Shown here: in pieces, positions 50,781 to 63,900 of the stretch
Layout of the letters: every line of letters starts with the position of its first letter
Position numbering within the stretch: the stretch's first letter is position 1
From: an uncultured Anaerolineales bacterium
GTDB taxonomy: Bacteria > Chloroflexota > Anaerolineae > CG2-30-64-16
Assembly (NCBI GenBank): GCA_964513075.1
Contig: CAZELR010000008.1
Span: 23,876 to 87,875, forward strand
DNA: 64,000 bases
Reading direction: 5' to 3'
Notes under the pieces: generated by a model
What the model saw: only the letters and a program-made list of their open reading frames with translations
The model's database searches: none
Told to the model about the DNA's origin: nothing
Made by a program: the position numbers and the translations under genes

Positions 50781-52583
50781 TCACCCCAGTCTCTCGCGCA
50801 ACGCTGCCACCTGCGCGGCCAGCCGTTCCGGCAACCGGTCGCCAAACTGGGCGAAATGCTGCTCGATGCTGGGAACCTCTCGGCGCCACGCATCGACGTC
50901 CACGCGCAGCAGCTCCTGAACGGCCTCCGGCGCGATCTGCAGCCCCGCCAGGTCCAGATCCTCGGGTTGTGGCAGACAGCCGATGGCAGTCTCTTCAGCG
51001 CCGGCCGCACCGGCCACCCGCTCGCACATCCACTTCAGGACGCGGCTGTTCTCGCCGTAGCCCGGCCACAGCCACTTGCCCTCGGCCGTCTTGCGGAACC
51101 AGTTGACGTAGAAGATCTTCGGGGCTTTGTCGCCCAGCCGGTCGCCCATGTCCAGCCAGTGCTGGAAGTAATCCGCCATGTTGTAACCGCAGAACGGCTG
51201 CATGGCGAAGGGGTCGCGACGCAGGTTGCCAACCGCACCGATGTTGGCCGCAGTGGTCTCAGACGAAGCGGTCGCGCCCATGAAGACGCCGTGATCCCAA
51301 CTGTACGCCTCAGTCACCAGCGGCACCACGCTTGCGCGGCGGCCGCCAAACACGAAGATGTCGATGGGCACCCCTTCCGGCTTCTCCCAATCGCGGCTGA
51401 TCACCGGGCACTGCGCGGCGGGGGCGGTGAAGCGCGCGTTCGGGTGCGCGGCCGGCTCCTTGCTGCCTGGTTCCCAATCACGGCCTTTCCAGTCGATGGC
51501 ATGAGCCGGAGCCGGCCCATCCATCCCCGCCCACCACACGTCGCCGTCGTCAGTGAGCGCGCAATTGGTGAAGATGACGTTCTCCTTGATCGTATCCATC
51601 GCCATCGGGTTCGAGGCGTAGGAGGTCCCCGGTGCCACGCCGAAGAAGCCGGCCTCTGGATTGATAGCATACAGACGGCCATCCGGCCCGATCTTCATCC
51701 ATGCGATATCGTCGCCGATCGTCTCTGCCTGCCAGCCGGGGATCGTCGGCTGGATCATGGCCAGGTTGGTCTTGCCGCAGGCCGATGGGAACGCGGCCGC
51801 GATGTGGTACTGCTTGCCTTCAGGGCTAGTCAGGCGCAGAATCAACATGTGCTCGGCCATCCACCCCTCGCGGCGGGCCATCGGCGAGGCGATGCGCAGC
51901 GCGAAGCACTTCTTGCCCAGCAGCGCGTTGCCGCCGTAGCCCGAGCCGTAGGACCAGATCAGATTCTCGTCCGGGAAGTGGCTGATATACTTCTGCTCCA
52001 TCGGTGCGCACGGCCACAGGCAATCCTGCTGGCCCGGCTGCAGGGAGGCGCCGATCGAATGCAGGCAGGGCACAAACTCGCCATCAGCGCCCAGCGCTTT
52101 GATCACCTTCTTCCCGACACGGGTCATGATGTGCATGTTGCAGACCACATACGCGCTGTCGGTGATCTCGACGCCGATCTTGGCCATCGGTGAGCCGAGC
52201 GGCCCCATCGAGAATGGGATGACATACAACGTGCGGCCCCTCATGCAGCCCTTGTACAACGCCCGCATGGTGTCCTTAAGTTCATCCGGCGCAACCCAGT
52301 TGTTCGTGGGGCCGGCATCGTCCCGGTCGACCGAGGCGATATAGGTGCGCGCCTCCACACGGGCGACATCGCTGGGATCCGAACGAAACAGGAACGAATT
52401 GGGGCGCTTGGCGAGCGGAGTGGCGCTGCCGCAGGCAACCATTGACGCCATGAGCCGGTCGTACTCGGTCTTGCTCCCATCGCACCAGTGAACATGCTGC
52501 GGCTCGCACAGTGCGACAACCTCGTGGACCCAATCCACCAGGCGTTGATTCGTGACTTTGTAAGACACGCGGTTCCTCCTCAA
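50781..52583 (-). CDS. pckG: Phosphoenolpyruvate carboxykinase (GTP)
   Basis: 600 aa matching GTP-PEPCK throughout (kinase-1a and GTP-binding motifs). Confidence 0.9.
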   Translation of the reverse strand: MRRNRVSYKVTNQRLVDWVHEVVALCEPQHVHWCDGSKTEYDRLMASMVACGSATPLAKRPNSFLFRSDPSDVARVEARTYIASVDRDDAGPTNNWVAPDELKDTMRALYKGCMRGRTLYVIPFSMGPLGSPMAKIGVEITDSAYVVCNMHIMTRVGKKVIKALGADGEFVPCLHSIGASLQPGQQDCLWPCAPMEQKYISHFPDENLIWSYGSGYGGNALLGKKCFALRIASPMARREGWMAEHMLILRLTSPEGKQYHIAAAFPSACGKTNLAMIQPTIPGWQAETIGDDIAWMKIGPDGRLYAINPEAGFFGVAPGTSYASNPMAMDTIKENVIFTNCALTDDGDVWWAGMDGPAPAHAIDWKGRDWEPGSKEPAAHPNARFTAPAAQCPVISRDWEKPEGVPIDIFVFGGRRASVVPLVTEAYSWDHGVFMGATASSETTAANIGAVGNLRRDPFAMQPFCGYNMADYFQHWLDMGDRLGDKAPKIFYVNWFRKTAEGKWLWPGYGENSRVLKWMCERVAGAAGAEETAIGCLPQPEDLDLAGLQIAPEAVQELLRVDVDAWRREVPSIEQHFAQFGDRLPERLAAQVAALRERLG

Positions 52584-52597
52584 ATGACGAAAATAGC

Positions 52598-53521
52598 TCA
52601 GAACTTCAGGCTGGCCATGGTGCCGCGAATCAGATCGGCCGAACGCTTCATTGCGGTCTTCTCTTCGTCATTGAGGTCAAGCTGGATGATCCGTTCGACG
52701 CCCCCCTTGCTCAAGACGACGGGCACGCCGAAACAGATGTCCTCCAACCCATATTCGCCGTGCAGATAGACGGACGCGGGGTAAATGTGATGCGCATCCT
52801 TGACGATCGCCTGGGCCATCTTGCAGGCCGACGCGCCCGGCGCATAATAGGCGCTGCCGGTCTTGAGATAGCGCACGATCTCCGCACCGCCATCTCGGGT
52901 GCGCGCGATGATCCGGTCAAGCTGCTCCGGGCTTAGAAAGTATGGCAACGGGATGCCGCCGATGCTGGAAAAGCGCGCCAACGGCACCATTTCGTCGCCG
53001 TGGCCGCCCAGCACGGTGGTGTGAATGTTCTCGGGATCGAGGCCGGTCTCCTGCGCAATGAAGGTCTTCATCCGGCCGCCGTCCAACACGCCCGCTTGAC
53101 CGATCACCCGCTCGCGCGGGAAGCCGCTCAGCTTGTACGCCAGGTAGGTCATGGTGTCCAAGGGGTTCGTCATCATGATGATCACGCAGTTCGGTGAGTA
53201 CTTCACGACTTCCTTCACCACCCCGCCGACGATGCCGGCGTTGATGGCGACCAAGTCCTCCCGCGTCATCCCCGGCTTGCGCGCGACACCGGCGGTGATG
53301 ATGACGATGTCAGAGTTCGCGGTCTCGACATAGTCCGTCGTACCGATAGCATCGATTGCATGGCCAGCGATCGGGCCGGCCTGGATCAGATCCAGCACCT
53401 TCCCCTTAGCCAGGCCATCCACCACATCCAGCAAGACAATCTGGCAGCCGCCCGAAATCATTGCCCAGTGGGCGACCGTCGAACCGACGTAACCTGCACC
53501 GATGATGCTGATCTTGCTCAT
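52598..53521 (-). CDS. mdh: Malate dehydrogenase (LDH-like family)
   Basis: GAGYVGST Rossmann motif, catalytic His region, length 307 aa. Confidence 0.9.
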   Translation of the reverse strand: MSKISIIGAGYVGSTVAHWAMISGGCQIVLLDVVDGLAKGKVLDLIQAGPIAGHAIDAIGTTDYVETANSDIVIITAGVARKPGMTREDLVAINAGIVGGVVKEVVKYSPNCVIIMMTNPLDTMTYLAYKLSGFPRERVIGQAGVLDGGRMKTFIAQETGLDPENIHTTVLGGHGDEMVPLARFSSIGGIPLPYFLSPEQLDRIIARTRDGGAEIVRYLKTGSAYYAPGASACKMAQAIVKDAHHIYPASVYLHGEYGLEDICFGVPVVLSKGGVERIIQLDLNDEEKTAMKRSADLIRGTMASLKF

Positions 53522-53547
53522 GAATAATCTCCTGTGAGGTGTTCGAG

Positions 53548-53562
53548 AGAAACCGGGTTTCT
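53548..53562. repeat. Single GAAACCGGGTTTC-type palindrome (AGAAACCGGGTTTCT)
   Basis: Read directly, between the mdh start and the upstream gene stop. Confidence 0.7.
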
Positions 53563-53566
53563 GTTG

Positions 53567-54151
53567 CTAACGCTGCTTGTTGAGCACAAAGCCGATGAAC
53601 TCGATCAAGATGGCCACGAACAGCGTCACAATCAACGTGACCAGTCCGCCCAAAGCCGCCAGACCCAGCCCCTGGCTTTCACTGCGCTCGACTTCGCGCA
53701 ATGAACGGCCCGCCAGCACGAAACCGGGCCGCTGCCCCGCGTAGGCTTGCACGACCGCCGCGATCCGAACGCCCGGCAGGGGTTCCCACGTGATCCGATC
53801 CTGACCGTGCGTCCGTGTGAACTCAAATACACCATCCGGCAGGGTGGGCACGCCGCCAGCCAGGTAGGCCGATGTGGCCACAGGCGTTCCGTCGGCGTTG
53901 AACACGATCAGGAACGGCGTCAAGCTGCTGTCAAAGGCCACTCGCTGCGCCGGCAGGACCGCCTCATAGGGCTGGCCGGAGGCGAGTGCAGCGGCTGCAT
54001 CTTCCGCCATGGCGATCTGTGGGCTATTGGCCCCCTGGCGCAAGATCTGCTGGCCGACCCCGTAGATCACGAACGATAGGCAGATCACCGCCGCCGCGAG
54101 GATGATCCACCGGCCGAAGACGTGCCCGATACGTTGTTCCATCGCACTCAT
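53567..54151 (-). CDS. Hypothetical membrane protein (two TM helices)
   Basis: A good ORF that overlaps the next gene. No motif recognised. Confidence 0.45.
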   Translation of the reverse strand: MSAMEQRIGHVFGRWIILAAAVICLSFVIYGVGQQILRQGANSPQIAMAEDAAAALASGQPYEAVLPAQRVAFDSSLTPFLIVFNADGTPVATSAYLAGGVPTLPDGVFEFTRTHGQDRITWEPLPGVRIAAVVQAYAGQRPGFVLAGRSLREVERSESQGLGLAALGGLVTLIVTLFVAILIEFIGFVLNKQR

Positions 54152-55278
54152 CTGAAAGTGACACCCTCACTCAACGGCGCCAGGCAGCCCACCCGCTGAT
54201 ACTCCTGGAACAGATGGCCCCAGTCCGTCGCGGCCTGCCATTCCTCTGCAACCCGCTTGAACTTCAGCGGCCAATACATATAGTCCTGTTCGGCCTCGCC
54301 GATGAAAGTGGGCACCGCCACCAGAGGCGTGCGGAAGAGCAACTTCTGGAAGACCCGGGTGGGACCATACCAGGACAGCCAGGCCAGGAAGGTGTGGGTG
54401 CTGTAACCCACCTCGAAGCCCCAGTCTTCGCCGGACACATCGTCGCCCACCCACTCGATCTCGCGCACGTCGCCAACCCCCAGGCCGCGCTCATGGGCCA
54501 GCCGGATATACTTGATGCTGAGAGGGTCGAAGCCCATCAGCTTGGCGGCGACGGCATCGATTGCCACCTGGTCGGCCGATGCCAGGATCACGTTCTTGAC
54601 CACCGGCTGCATCAGGCGCGGGCCGGGGCCATTGCCGGCCGTTGTGCCGTCCATGACGGCAAACATGCCCGGGTGGATCTCCTGCTGGATGGCCAACAAG
54701 TCCACCAGCGTCTCGTGAATCCAGGTGTGCGTGTAGTGTCGATACTTGCTGAGCAGCCCACCGAAGGCATTCTTCATCGCACCGGTGGTCGTCGTATACA
54801 TGTGGGTTTTGACGGTCGGCAGATGCACAATGTTCTTGCCGATGAAGTAGTCCGGGATGCGGATGCCCTCCGGGTAGATGTGATCCAACGCCAGCATCTG
54901 TGCCTTAGGTCGATAGGGCACCCAGGTCATATCCTGCTCGCGGAAGTTATAGAGCGCCGGAACATTGTGACCCCGAAAGATCGGCACGTAGCCGTTCAGA
55001 TCCTCGCCCTTGAACGCGTTCGTGACGACGGTCTGGTTCTGGACGCAGACCAAATCATTGAACCCTGCCTTTCGCAGTGCCAGGATCACACCCTCCAACT
55101 GCCAGGGGGTCGTATTGGCGCCGGGCATGGGGAAGTGCCAGGAGATGTTATCCTTGAGGATCGTGGTCGTATTGGGCGCCAGCGCCTGCGCACCGCCGGC
55201 CAAATCGAACAAGCGCTGATAGTCCCGCAGCACCGTTTCGGGCTGCGTGCGCAGAACCGCGACTTTTGCTCTGCTCAT
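54148..55278 (-). CDS. DUF362 domain protein
   Basis: VMDGTTAGNGPGP motif. Confidence 0.7.
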   Translation of the reverse strand: MSRAKVAVLRTQPETVLRDYQRLFDLAGGAQALAPNTTTILKDNISWHFPMPGANTTPWQLEGVILALRKAGFNDLVCVQNQTVVTNAFKGEDLNGYVPIFRGHNVPALYNFREQDMTWVPYRPKAQMLALDHIYPEGIRIPDYFIGKNIVHLPTVKTHMYTTTTGAMKNAFGGLLSKYRHYTHTWIHETLVDLLAIQQEIHPGMFAVMDGTTAGNGPGPRLMQPVVKNVILASADQVAIDAVAAKLMGFDPLSIKYIRLAHERGLGVGDVREIEWVGDDVSGEDWGFEVGYSTHTFLAWLSWYGPTRVFQKLLFRTPLVAVPTFIGEAEQDYMYWPLKFKRVAEEWQAATDWGHLFQEYQRVGCLAPLSEGVTFR

Positions 55279-55294
55279 TGGCGAACTCCAGAAT

Positions 55295-56230
55295 TCAGGC
55301 GGCCGCAGCGACCGGCAGCGGCCGGGATTCCACGACAGCCGCCTCGATCCCGTCCGCGGCCAGCACGGGTTTCAGCGCGGCGATGGCGCATTCCAGCATG
55401 GCGGCATCGGGCTCGCGCGTGGTCAGGCGCTGCAGCAGCAGGCCAGGTGTAATCAGCGCCCGCACGATGGGCTGATCCACGTGCGCCGCGCTGAAGCGTT
55501 GGAACTCATAGGCAATTCCGGCCACCACGGGGATCAGCACGAGGCGCGACGCCAGCCGCAGCAGCAGGTTGTCGAAGTGGAACGGCGCAAACACCAGGAT
55601 CGCAATGATCATCACCGACAGCATGAAGCTGGTGCCGCAGCGCGTGTGCGCGGTAGTGAAACGGCCAACCGATTCCGGGGTGAGCACCGCGCCGGCCTCG
55701 TAGGCGTTGATGGTCTTGTGCTCGGCGCCATGATAGGCAAAGACCCGGCGAATATCGGGCATGAAGGCGATGGCCCACAGGTAGAGCAAGAACAGGGCCA
55801 ACCGGATCACGCCCTCAACGATGCTGACCAGCAAGCCGCTGCCCGTCGCAGGCGAAAGCCATTTGGCCGCCGCGGTGGGCAGCAAGAAGAACAGCGCCAC
55901 GGAAAACGCCAGCGAGGCCGCGATCGTGGTCCAGGCCACCGGGCCGGAGAAAGTGACCTGCTGCTCCTGCCCTTCCTCCTTGAGCGACACATCGGCCGAC
56001 CAAAGCAGCGCGCGCATGCCCAGCCCCAACGCATCCCACAACATGCGCAGCCCGCGCACGAACGGCCACCCGCCCCATTTCTTAGTGTAGATCGCCGCAG
56101 TCAGCGGCTCTTCGTGGACAACGATCTCGCCGTTCGGGGCGCGCACCGCCACTGCCATCTGGTTGCGCCCGCGCATCATCACACCCTCGATAACCGCCTG
56201 TCCCCCATAGTAAAACTTAGCCAAAATCAA
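55295..56230 (-). CDS. DUF1385 domain membrane protein
   Basis: [13 protein letters not shown] motif and TM helices. Confidence 0.7.
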   Translation of the reverse strand: MILAKFYYGGQAVIEGVMMRGRNQMAVAVRAPNGEIVVHEEPLTAAIYTKKWGGWPFVRGLRMLWDALGLGMRALLWSADVSLKEEGQEQQVTFSGPVAWTTIAASLAFSVALFFLLPTAAAKWLSPATGSGLLVSIVEGVIRLALFLLYLWAIAFMPDIRRVFAYHGAEHKTINAYEAGAVLTPESVGRFTTAHTRCGTSFMLSVMIIAILVFAPFHFDNLLLRLASRLVLIPVVAGIAYEFQRFSAAHVDQPIVRALITPGLLLQRLTTREPDAAMLECAIAALKPVLAADGIEAAVVESRPLPVAAAA

Positions 56231-56277
56231 ATCTCCTATTCTATCTCACTGAACACCCTGAGCGGAGCAGTGTACAT

Positions 56278-56312
56278 CCACGCACCACGCACCACGCACC
56301 ACGCAATACGCG
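56278..56312. repeat. Microsatellite (CACGCAC)n
   Basis: Read directly. The same motif flanks the 79-bp repeat array near 61.65 kb. Confidence 0.8.
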
Positions 56313-56475
56313 CTTGTGTGAGCATTGTACATTACTCCAGCGGGAGTGTCAAAGCAAGGCTCCGGAGGGCGGCAAGTCCAGATTATCCGGAATCGAGCCT
56401 TCAGGCGGTCAGGTCCGGTTAGGCGAGTGACCGGCTGAAGCCTCCAGTCCGGAAACGCGACAAGACCCGCCCTCT

Positions 56476-57018
56476 TCAATTCTCAAGATCCGAGCCCTCC
56501 GGCTCATCTTCCTCGCCCTCCAACCCCAGCGCGATCAAGTAGCCGTGCGCACGCTCGACCTTGGGATAGCGATTCACCAACTTCCAGAAGCGCGGGCCAT
56601 GATTGGCCTCTTTGAGGTGCGCCAACTCGTGCACGAGGATATAGTCACGCACCCAGGCCGGCATGGCTGCCACGCGGTGCGAGATGCGAATGGCGCCGGT
56701 GGCGGTGGTGCAGCTTCCGTAGCGTTTCTGCTGGTTCGTCACGTAGCGAAGCTCGCTCCAGCGCAGCTTGCCCTCGAAGTACTCCCGGTTGAGCTCGGCT
56801 GCGCGGCGAGCCAGGGCGCGATCATCGGCCGTCTCAGCTTTGGCCTTGTGACGCAACAGGCGCCCCTTGAGCTGCTCTATGAACGGCGCCAATTGGGCGT
56901 CGGTGGCCGCCGCGGGCGCCAGCACTTCGATGGCCGCGCCGCCGTCGACCAGTCGGGCCGAAATGGTCTTGCGCCGGTTCGCACTGCGAACGATACGAAT
57001 CTCGATGTCGTCGGGCAT
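56476..57018 (-). CDS. YgjP-like M48-family metallopeptidase (DUF45)
   Basis: HELAHL HExxH motif in a DUF45 context. Confidence 0.75.
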   Translation of the reverse strand: MPDDIEIRIVRSANRRKTISARLVDGGAAIEVLAPAAATDAQLAPFIEQLKGRLLRHKAKAETADDRALARRAAELNREYFEGKLRWSELRYVTNQQKRYGSCTTATGAIRISHRVAAMPAWVRDYILVHELAHLKEANHGPRFWKLVNRYPKVERAHGYLIALGLEGEEDEPEGSDLEN

Positions 57019-57083
57019 GTGGGGATGATAACACGCGATATGACATTTGAGAAACCGACCCTCTATGTTACACTGTCCTCACT

Positions 57084-57848
57084 ATGCTCGACGCCATGAA
57101 CCGCATCGCCCGATTCTTTGACCTCGAATTCGCCGGCTACGACGACGATCTTCCGGTGCTGGAGGCGTATGCCGCGCGCACTGGCGGACCGATCCTGGAG
57201 CTGGGGTGCGGCACGGGCCGCGCGTTGATCCCTTTAGCGCAGGCGGGCTATACGGTGACCGGCGTGGAGCTCAGCCCGGAGATGCTGCAGAGAGCGCGCA
57301 CCAAGGCGGCTGCGTCCGGCGCGACGAAACGAATCACGCTCCTGGAGGGCGACTACACCGAAGCGGCCCTGGGCGGACCGTATCGTTTCGCCTTCAGCGT
57401 GATGAACACCTTCCTGCACCTGCCGGACCAGGAAACCCAACTGCGCGCACTGGCTCATTGGCGGCGCCACCTGGCCCCGCGCGGGCTCCTGCTCATCGAT
57501 ATCCTGCATCCCGATGTGACCACCCTCGCCGGCCTGGATGGCCGGCTGGAGCTGATGCGATCCTGGACCGATCCTGAGTCCGGACACGAAACCCTCAAAT
57601 TCATGGCCCGCACCGTCGATTTGGCGGAGCAGATCCTGCACGTCCATCATATCTACGACGAGATCGACCCGGACGGGCAGATCCACCGCACCGTTGCACC
57701 GTATGACCTGCGCTATTTGTGGCGCTTCGAGGCGGAACTGCTGCTGGAAAAGGCGGGGTATGCGCTTGAGGCGATCTACGGTGGGTGGGATATGGGGCCG
57801 TTCGAGAGCGCCAGCGAACGCATGATCTTCGTGGCGCGGTGCAAATAG
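57084..57848 (+). CDS. Class I SAM-dependent methyltransferase
   Basis: ILELGCGTGR motif I. Confidence 0.8.
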   Translation: MLDAMNRIARFFDLEFAGYDDDLPVLEAYAARTGGPILELGCGTGRALIPLAQAGYTVTGVELSPEMLQRARTKAAASGATKRITLLEGDYTEAALGGPYRFAFSVMNTFLHLPDQETQLRALAHWRRHLAPRGLLLIDILHPDVTTLAGLDGRLELMRSWTDPESGHETLKFMARTVDLAEQILHVHHIYDEIDPDGQIHRTVAPYDLRYLWRFEAELLLEKAGYALEAIYGGWDMGPFESASERMIFVARCK

Positions 57849-57936
57849 AGAGGCGGCAAGCTCACCACCAAGACACGAAGCCCCAAAGACGGGCTAAAAA
57901 GCCTGGTGTCTCCGTGTCCTGGTGGATATATGTTTT

Positions 57937-59238
57937 TTATCCCGCGGTCGGCGCCGGTGTGACCGCGGGGGTCTCGCTGGGCGCGGGCGCGGGCGTGCTG
58001 TCCGGCGCAGTCTCGGACGCAGCTTCCGGCGTCGCAGTCGGCGTCAACAGCCATGGCGGCAGCCCCGGCGTCGGGCATTTGTCAGTCGTTCCTTCTCGAC
58101 CCTGGACCGCGAGGGGTTGGCCTGCGAAGAGGCCGGCCAGTTCTTTGTCAAACTGGGCGCGGTCCGCGATCTTGAGGACCGAGGCATCCCCTACCATCAC
58201 TTGTTGGATGGCCAGGCTGCTAAAAACCAGGCCGTGCACTTGGCTGCCTTGCAGCTTGGTCCCCAGATTGGCCAGACGAACTACTTCGACCAGACCGAGA
58301 TCGGTCTTAAACGTGCTCGCCAGTGTGCGCCAAAGCTCCGGAATCTTCGGAATCGCATCTACCCGCAGCGCCTGCTCACGGATCGCCCAGATCAACTGCT
58401 GTTGGCGACGGGCGCGCGAAAAGTCACTGCTGGCGTAGCGATAACGTGCAAACTTGGCCGCGGCTTCGCCGTCCAGGAAGTTTTCGCCGGCAGGCAAATC
58501 GAAACTCAGATAAGCCTGCGGATCCGCGGGATCAGGCGTCACCTCGTGCAGCGCGCAATCAAGCGTCACGGTCACGCCGCCCAGGGCATCCACCAGCTCG
58601 GGCAGCGCCTCCAACCGCAGGCGCACCCAATGCTGCGTGGGGATGCCCAGGGTTGCTGAAATGATATCCCCTGCCAACTTTGGCCCGCCGCCGGGGTATT
58701 TGTGGTATTCGCCCTGGAAGTCGGCCTGGTTGATCCGCCCGTATTGATACTCATAGCCGGGAATCTCAACCCACAGGTCGCGCGGGATGCTGACGATGCC
58801 GACCTGGTTCGCCTCATAGTCGATGGCCGCTACCATGATCGTATCAGTGCGCCACACCCCCTCGCCGGGCCGCTGATCCATGCCGAGCAGCAGGATGTTG
58901 TCCGTCTCCCGGATGGTCTTGGGCGCCACGGTGGCCGTCGGCGTCGCGGTATTGGCCGGTGTGAACGTGGCCGTCGGCGCCGGCGTATACGTGGGCGCCG
59001 CGGTGAGCGTAGGTGACATCGGCTCGTCCGTCCGGGTCGCGGTAGCCGCGGCCGAGAACGTGGCGGACGTGGCCGCAGCCGAGGCGGTCTCCGCTTTCGG
59101 TTCGCAGCCGGCCAGCAGCAACGTCGCGAACAGAAGGACGGTCAGCCACGCCCACGGCGTGGAACCTGCCCGAGAGCCCCACGGCCGGTCATCCTTCGAC
59201 AGGCTCAGGATGACTGGCGTATCTCTTCTAGCACTCAT
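57937..59238 (-). CDS. LytR-CpsA-Psr (LCP) family cell-envelope protein, lipoprotein form
   Basis: LLAGC lipobox, a PT-rich linker, and an LCP core (ILLLGMDQRPG...SIPRDLWV). Confidence 0.8.
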   Translation of the reverse strand: MSARRDTPVILSLSKDDRPWGSRAGSTPWAWLTVLLFATLLLAGCEPKAETASAAATSATFSAAATATRTDEPMSPTLTAAPTYTPAPTATFTPANTATPTATVAPKTIRETDNILLLGMDQRPGEGVWRTDTIMVAAIDYEANQVGIVSIPRDLWVEIPGYEYQYGRINQADFQGEYHKYPGGGPKLAGDIISATLGIPTQHWVRLRLEALPELVDALGGVTVTLDCALHEVTPDPADPQAYLSFDLPAGENFLDGEAAAKFARYRYASSDFSRARRQQQLIWAIREQALRVDAIPKIPELWRTLASTFKTDLGLVEVVRLANLGTKLQGSQVHGLVFSSLAIQQVMVGDASVLKIADRAQFDKELAGLFAGQPLAVQGREGTTDKCPTPGLPPWLLTPTATPEAASETAPDSTPAPAPSETPAVTPAPTAG

Positions 59239-59244
59239 ATGCCC

Positions 59245-59757
59245 TCAACCAGCCTTATAACCGATCCTGCGCAGGAAACCTGTGCGCCAGGCCACGCCGT
59301 CGGCCTCCTCGAGGCCCTGCGTGTGGCTGCCGTCGATCACGCCCAAGATGCCCCGTCCCTGTGCACTCTCGGCCAGGATCACCTGGACGGGATTAGCAGA
59401 TGCGCAGTAAATATTCACGACTTCGGGCACCATCTTGATAGCATTCAGGACGTTGATCGGGAACGCGTCGCGCAGGAACAGGATGAACACGTGGCCGGCG
59501 CCCAGGGCCAACGCGTTGCGTTCGGCCAACGCCTTCAACTCGGCATCGGTCCCGCTGGAGCGCACCAACGCCGGCCCGGATGACTCGCAGAAAGCCAGGC
59601 CGAATTTGGCGCCCGGGATGCCCGTCACCACCGTCTCGTGGATGTCCTCCACGGTCTTGATGAAGTGGCTCTGCCCCAGGATGAAGTTCAGCTCCTCCGG
59701 GTTTTCAATCTGAACCAGCTTGAGCTGGAATGGAATATCGGTCATAAAGACCTCCAT
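59245..59757 (-). CDS. Adenosine-specific kinase family (PF04008-like) protein
   Basis: 170 aa. The overall pattern is similar to the former DUF355 family, but the assignment is uncertain. Confidence 0.5.
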   Translation of the reverse strand: MEVFMTDIPFQLKLVQIENPEELNFILGQSHFIKTVEDIHETVVTGIPGAKFGLAFCESSGPALVRSSGTDAELKALAERNALALGAGHVFILFLRDAFPINVLNAIKMVPEVVNIYCASANPVQVILAESAQGRGILGVIDGSHTQGLEEADGVAWRTGFLRRIGYKAG

Positions 59758-59763
59758 ATATTA

Positions 59764-59830
59764 TGTCATTCTGAGCGGGTTGACAGCTCAACTCTCGTCA
59801 TAGCGAAACGCCAGCGAAGAATCTCGCCAC
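59764..59830. repeat. Dispersed copy of the 79-bp TGTCATTCTGAGCGG element
   Basis: Read directly. It lies immediately upstream of the minus-strand start at 59757. Confidence 0.75.
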
Positions 59831-59833
59831 CCA

Positions 59834-61162
59834 TTACACCATCAGCATCGCCTGTGCGCGAATATCGCGCAGCCGCTTGGCGATCTCCACGGACTCGGCG
59901 CCTTCGCGCTGGCCCATATCATCGGCCATCCGGGCCATGATATCCAGCACCTCCGGGGTGAACTCCTCCCGGCGGTCACGCAACATCTGGCGCGTTCCCT
60001 CGGGATAGGGCTGGCCCAGCAACTCGTTGACCAGTTGGATCTCCGGCGGGTAGCTCTCCTCAATCAGGTCCGCCACCTCTTCGTAGACCATCTGCAAGCG
60101 AGCCAGCAACTCCTCATCCTTTTTCTCGCTGGCTTGCTGGATATTCGCCGCCAAAACGTTCATGAAGACCTCGTCCAACTCATCCACGTGCTCGCGCAAC
60201 GCACTGCGCGGGCTCGGCGAGTTGATGATCTCCTGAAGCAGCGCGACGCCGTCCGCAACACTCTCCCGAGCGGCCTTGTCTAAATCCTGCGTCATCTCCA
60301 ACAGTTGTTCGCGCAAGGCGGTCAAACGAGCACGTTCTGCGCCCTGGGCCGCGTCGATGTGCGCAGTCAGTTTCTGGAAAAACTCATAGTCCATCAACGG
60401 CCGTGCGGCGATGGCGATAGCGGCCAACTCGTCCGTGTCTGCGGCGAGCACCCGCTCGAAGAACGCCTCAGGGGTCTGCACCTCTTTCAGCGATGCGATC
60501 GCGGCCTGCTGCTTCAAGAAGCGCTTTCCGAAATCGGTGAGCGGCAGCAGGTTCTGCTGCAGCAAGCGCAGCCGTTCCACTGACTTCTCATCGCCGGCTG
60601 CCGCGGCCTGCTGCTGCATGCCCGCCACGATGGAGAAAAACTCCTGATCCAATTGCGCTGCGTTCCCCTTCAGCATCATCTGAAGGCCCTTCGGATCATC
60701 GGCCATCACCATGAACTGCTCGACCAGCTTCATCTTCTTACGCTGGCGGTCGAGCTCCTCCTGGCTGATGCCCATGGTCCCCAACACGGCATCCATCAGG
60801 CTCTCGCGCGTAGCGAACTGCCGCGGGCTCAGGAAGTAGCCCTTGCGCTGCTCTGGCGACAGCGAGCGCATCAGCGACTGGGTCAGCTCCCCGATCATCT
60901 TCTGCTTTTCCATTTCGGGAATGCGGAGCTGCTGGGGGAAATAGACCGCCAGGAACTCTGCGGCCGGATCGTGATACACCAGCGGCACCTCCAGCAGGCC
61001 GCCGGTATTGCATTTCGGGCAGACCGCCACGTTGACCTGTCCGGCGAGGAACGCCTGCCGAAGCTGGGGCTGCTGCCCCACGTCGATGATCGTGCGCACC
61101 GGCGCCTGGTATTGGTTGCCGCAATTCGGGCACTTGATCGGAAGAGCGTTGGTTTCAGGCAT
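59834..61162 (-). CDS. CpXC-domain (zinc-ribbon) protein with a long helical C-terminal region
   Basis: N-terminal CPNCGNQY...CPKCN. Confidence 0.6.
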   Translation of the reverse strand: MPETNALPIKCPNCGNQYQAPVRTIIDVGQQPQLRQAFLAGQVNVAVCPKCNTGGLLEVPLVYHDPAAEFLAVYFPQQLRIPEMEKQKMIGELTQSLMRSLSPEQRKGYFLSPRQFATRESLMDAVLGTMGISQEELDRQRKKMKLVEQFMVMADDPKGLQMMLKGNAAQLDQEFFSIVAGMQQQAAAAGDEKSVERLRLLQQNLLPLTDFGKRFLKQQAAIASLKEVQTPEAFFERVLAADTDELAAIAIAARPLMDYEFFQKLTAHIDAAQGAERARLTALREQLLEMTQDLDKAARESVADGVALLQEIINSPSPRSALREHVDELDEVFMNVLAANIQQASEKKDEELLARLQMVYEEVADLIEESYPPEIQLVNELLGQPYPEGTRQMLRDRREEFTPEVLDIMARMADDMGQREGAESVEIAKRLRDIRAQAMLMV

Positions 61163-61182
61163 GGTGATGAAAGAGATCCTTT

Positions 61183-61212
61183 CGTGTTGCGTGTTGCGTG
61201 TTGCGTGTTGCG
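61183..61212. repeat. Microsatellite (GTGTTGC) x4
   Basis: Read directly. It is the reverse complement of the (ACGCAAC)/(CACGCAC)-type repeats at 61652-61721 and 56278-56312. Confidence 0.8.
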
Positions 61213-61217
61213 TATTA

Positions 61218-61447
61218 TGTCATTCTGAGCGGGTTGACGACTCAACTCCCGTTGCGACGAGACCCCAGCGAAGAATCTCGACGCCATAGCGTCTCCTGTC
61301 ATTCTGAGCGGGTTGACGACTCAACTCCCGTTGCGACGAGACCCCAGCGAAGAATCTCGACGCCATAGCGTCTCCTGTCATTCTGAGCGGGTTGACGACT
61401 CAACTCCCGTTGCGACGAAACTCCGGCGAAGAATCTACTCCGGGTGC
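61218..61447. repeat. Tandem array of three 79-bp units (TGTCATTCTGAGCGGGTTGACGACTCAACTCCCGTTGCGACGAGACCCCAGCGAAGAATCTCGACGCCATAGCGTCTCC)
   Basis: Read directly. Units begin at 61218, 61297 and 61376, and the third is diverged. Microsatellites flank both sides. Confidence 0.85.
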
Positions 61448-61720
61448 GTCACCGCGGCCCACCAAACTGAGCGGAGCATCCTGAGCGGAGCACCGCAGTG
61501 CGCAGTCGAAGGGTGCGGAGCGGTCTCCTGTCCAAGGCCGTATCCTTCGACTGGTCGCTATTCGTCAAGCACGTTGGCTCGCAGACCCGCTCAGGATGCT
61601 CGCGCCCCGGAACCGAAACACACCCATTCTGATCTGGATAATTGAGCATGTCACGCACCACGCACCACGCAACGACCCGCAGGTCGCCGCAATACGCAAT
61701 ACGCAGTACGCACCACGCAC

Positions 61721-63865
<2,145 letters not shown>

Positions 63866-63871
63866 TCACAC

Positions 63872-63900
63872 ATAGAAACCAGGTTCCTTCGCGAAACCTG
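63872..63900. repeat. REP-like palindrome, CCAGG variant (GAAACCAGGTT cc ttcgcg AACCTGGTTTC)
   Basis: Read directly, upstream of the ligA start. Confidence 0.7.

Noticed and set aside
50769-52193. 474-aa plus-strand ORF
   Set aside because: It is antisense to pckG.
54214-55452. 412-aa plus-strand ORF
   Set aside because: It is antisense to the DUF362 and DUF1385 genes.
61313-61645. Small ORFs with a recurring peptide CHSERVDDSTPVATRPQRRISTP
   Set aside because: The recurrence only reflects translation of the 79-bp DNA repeat. There is no RBS or start context, and the arrangement is better explained as non-coding repeats.
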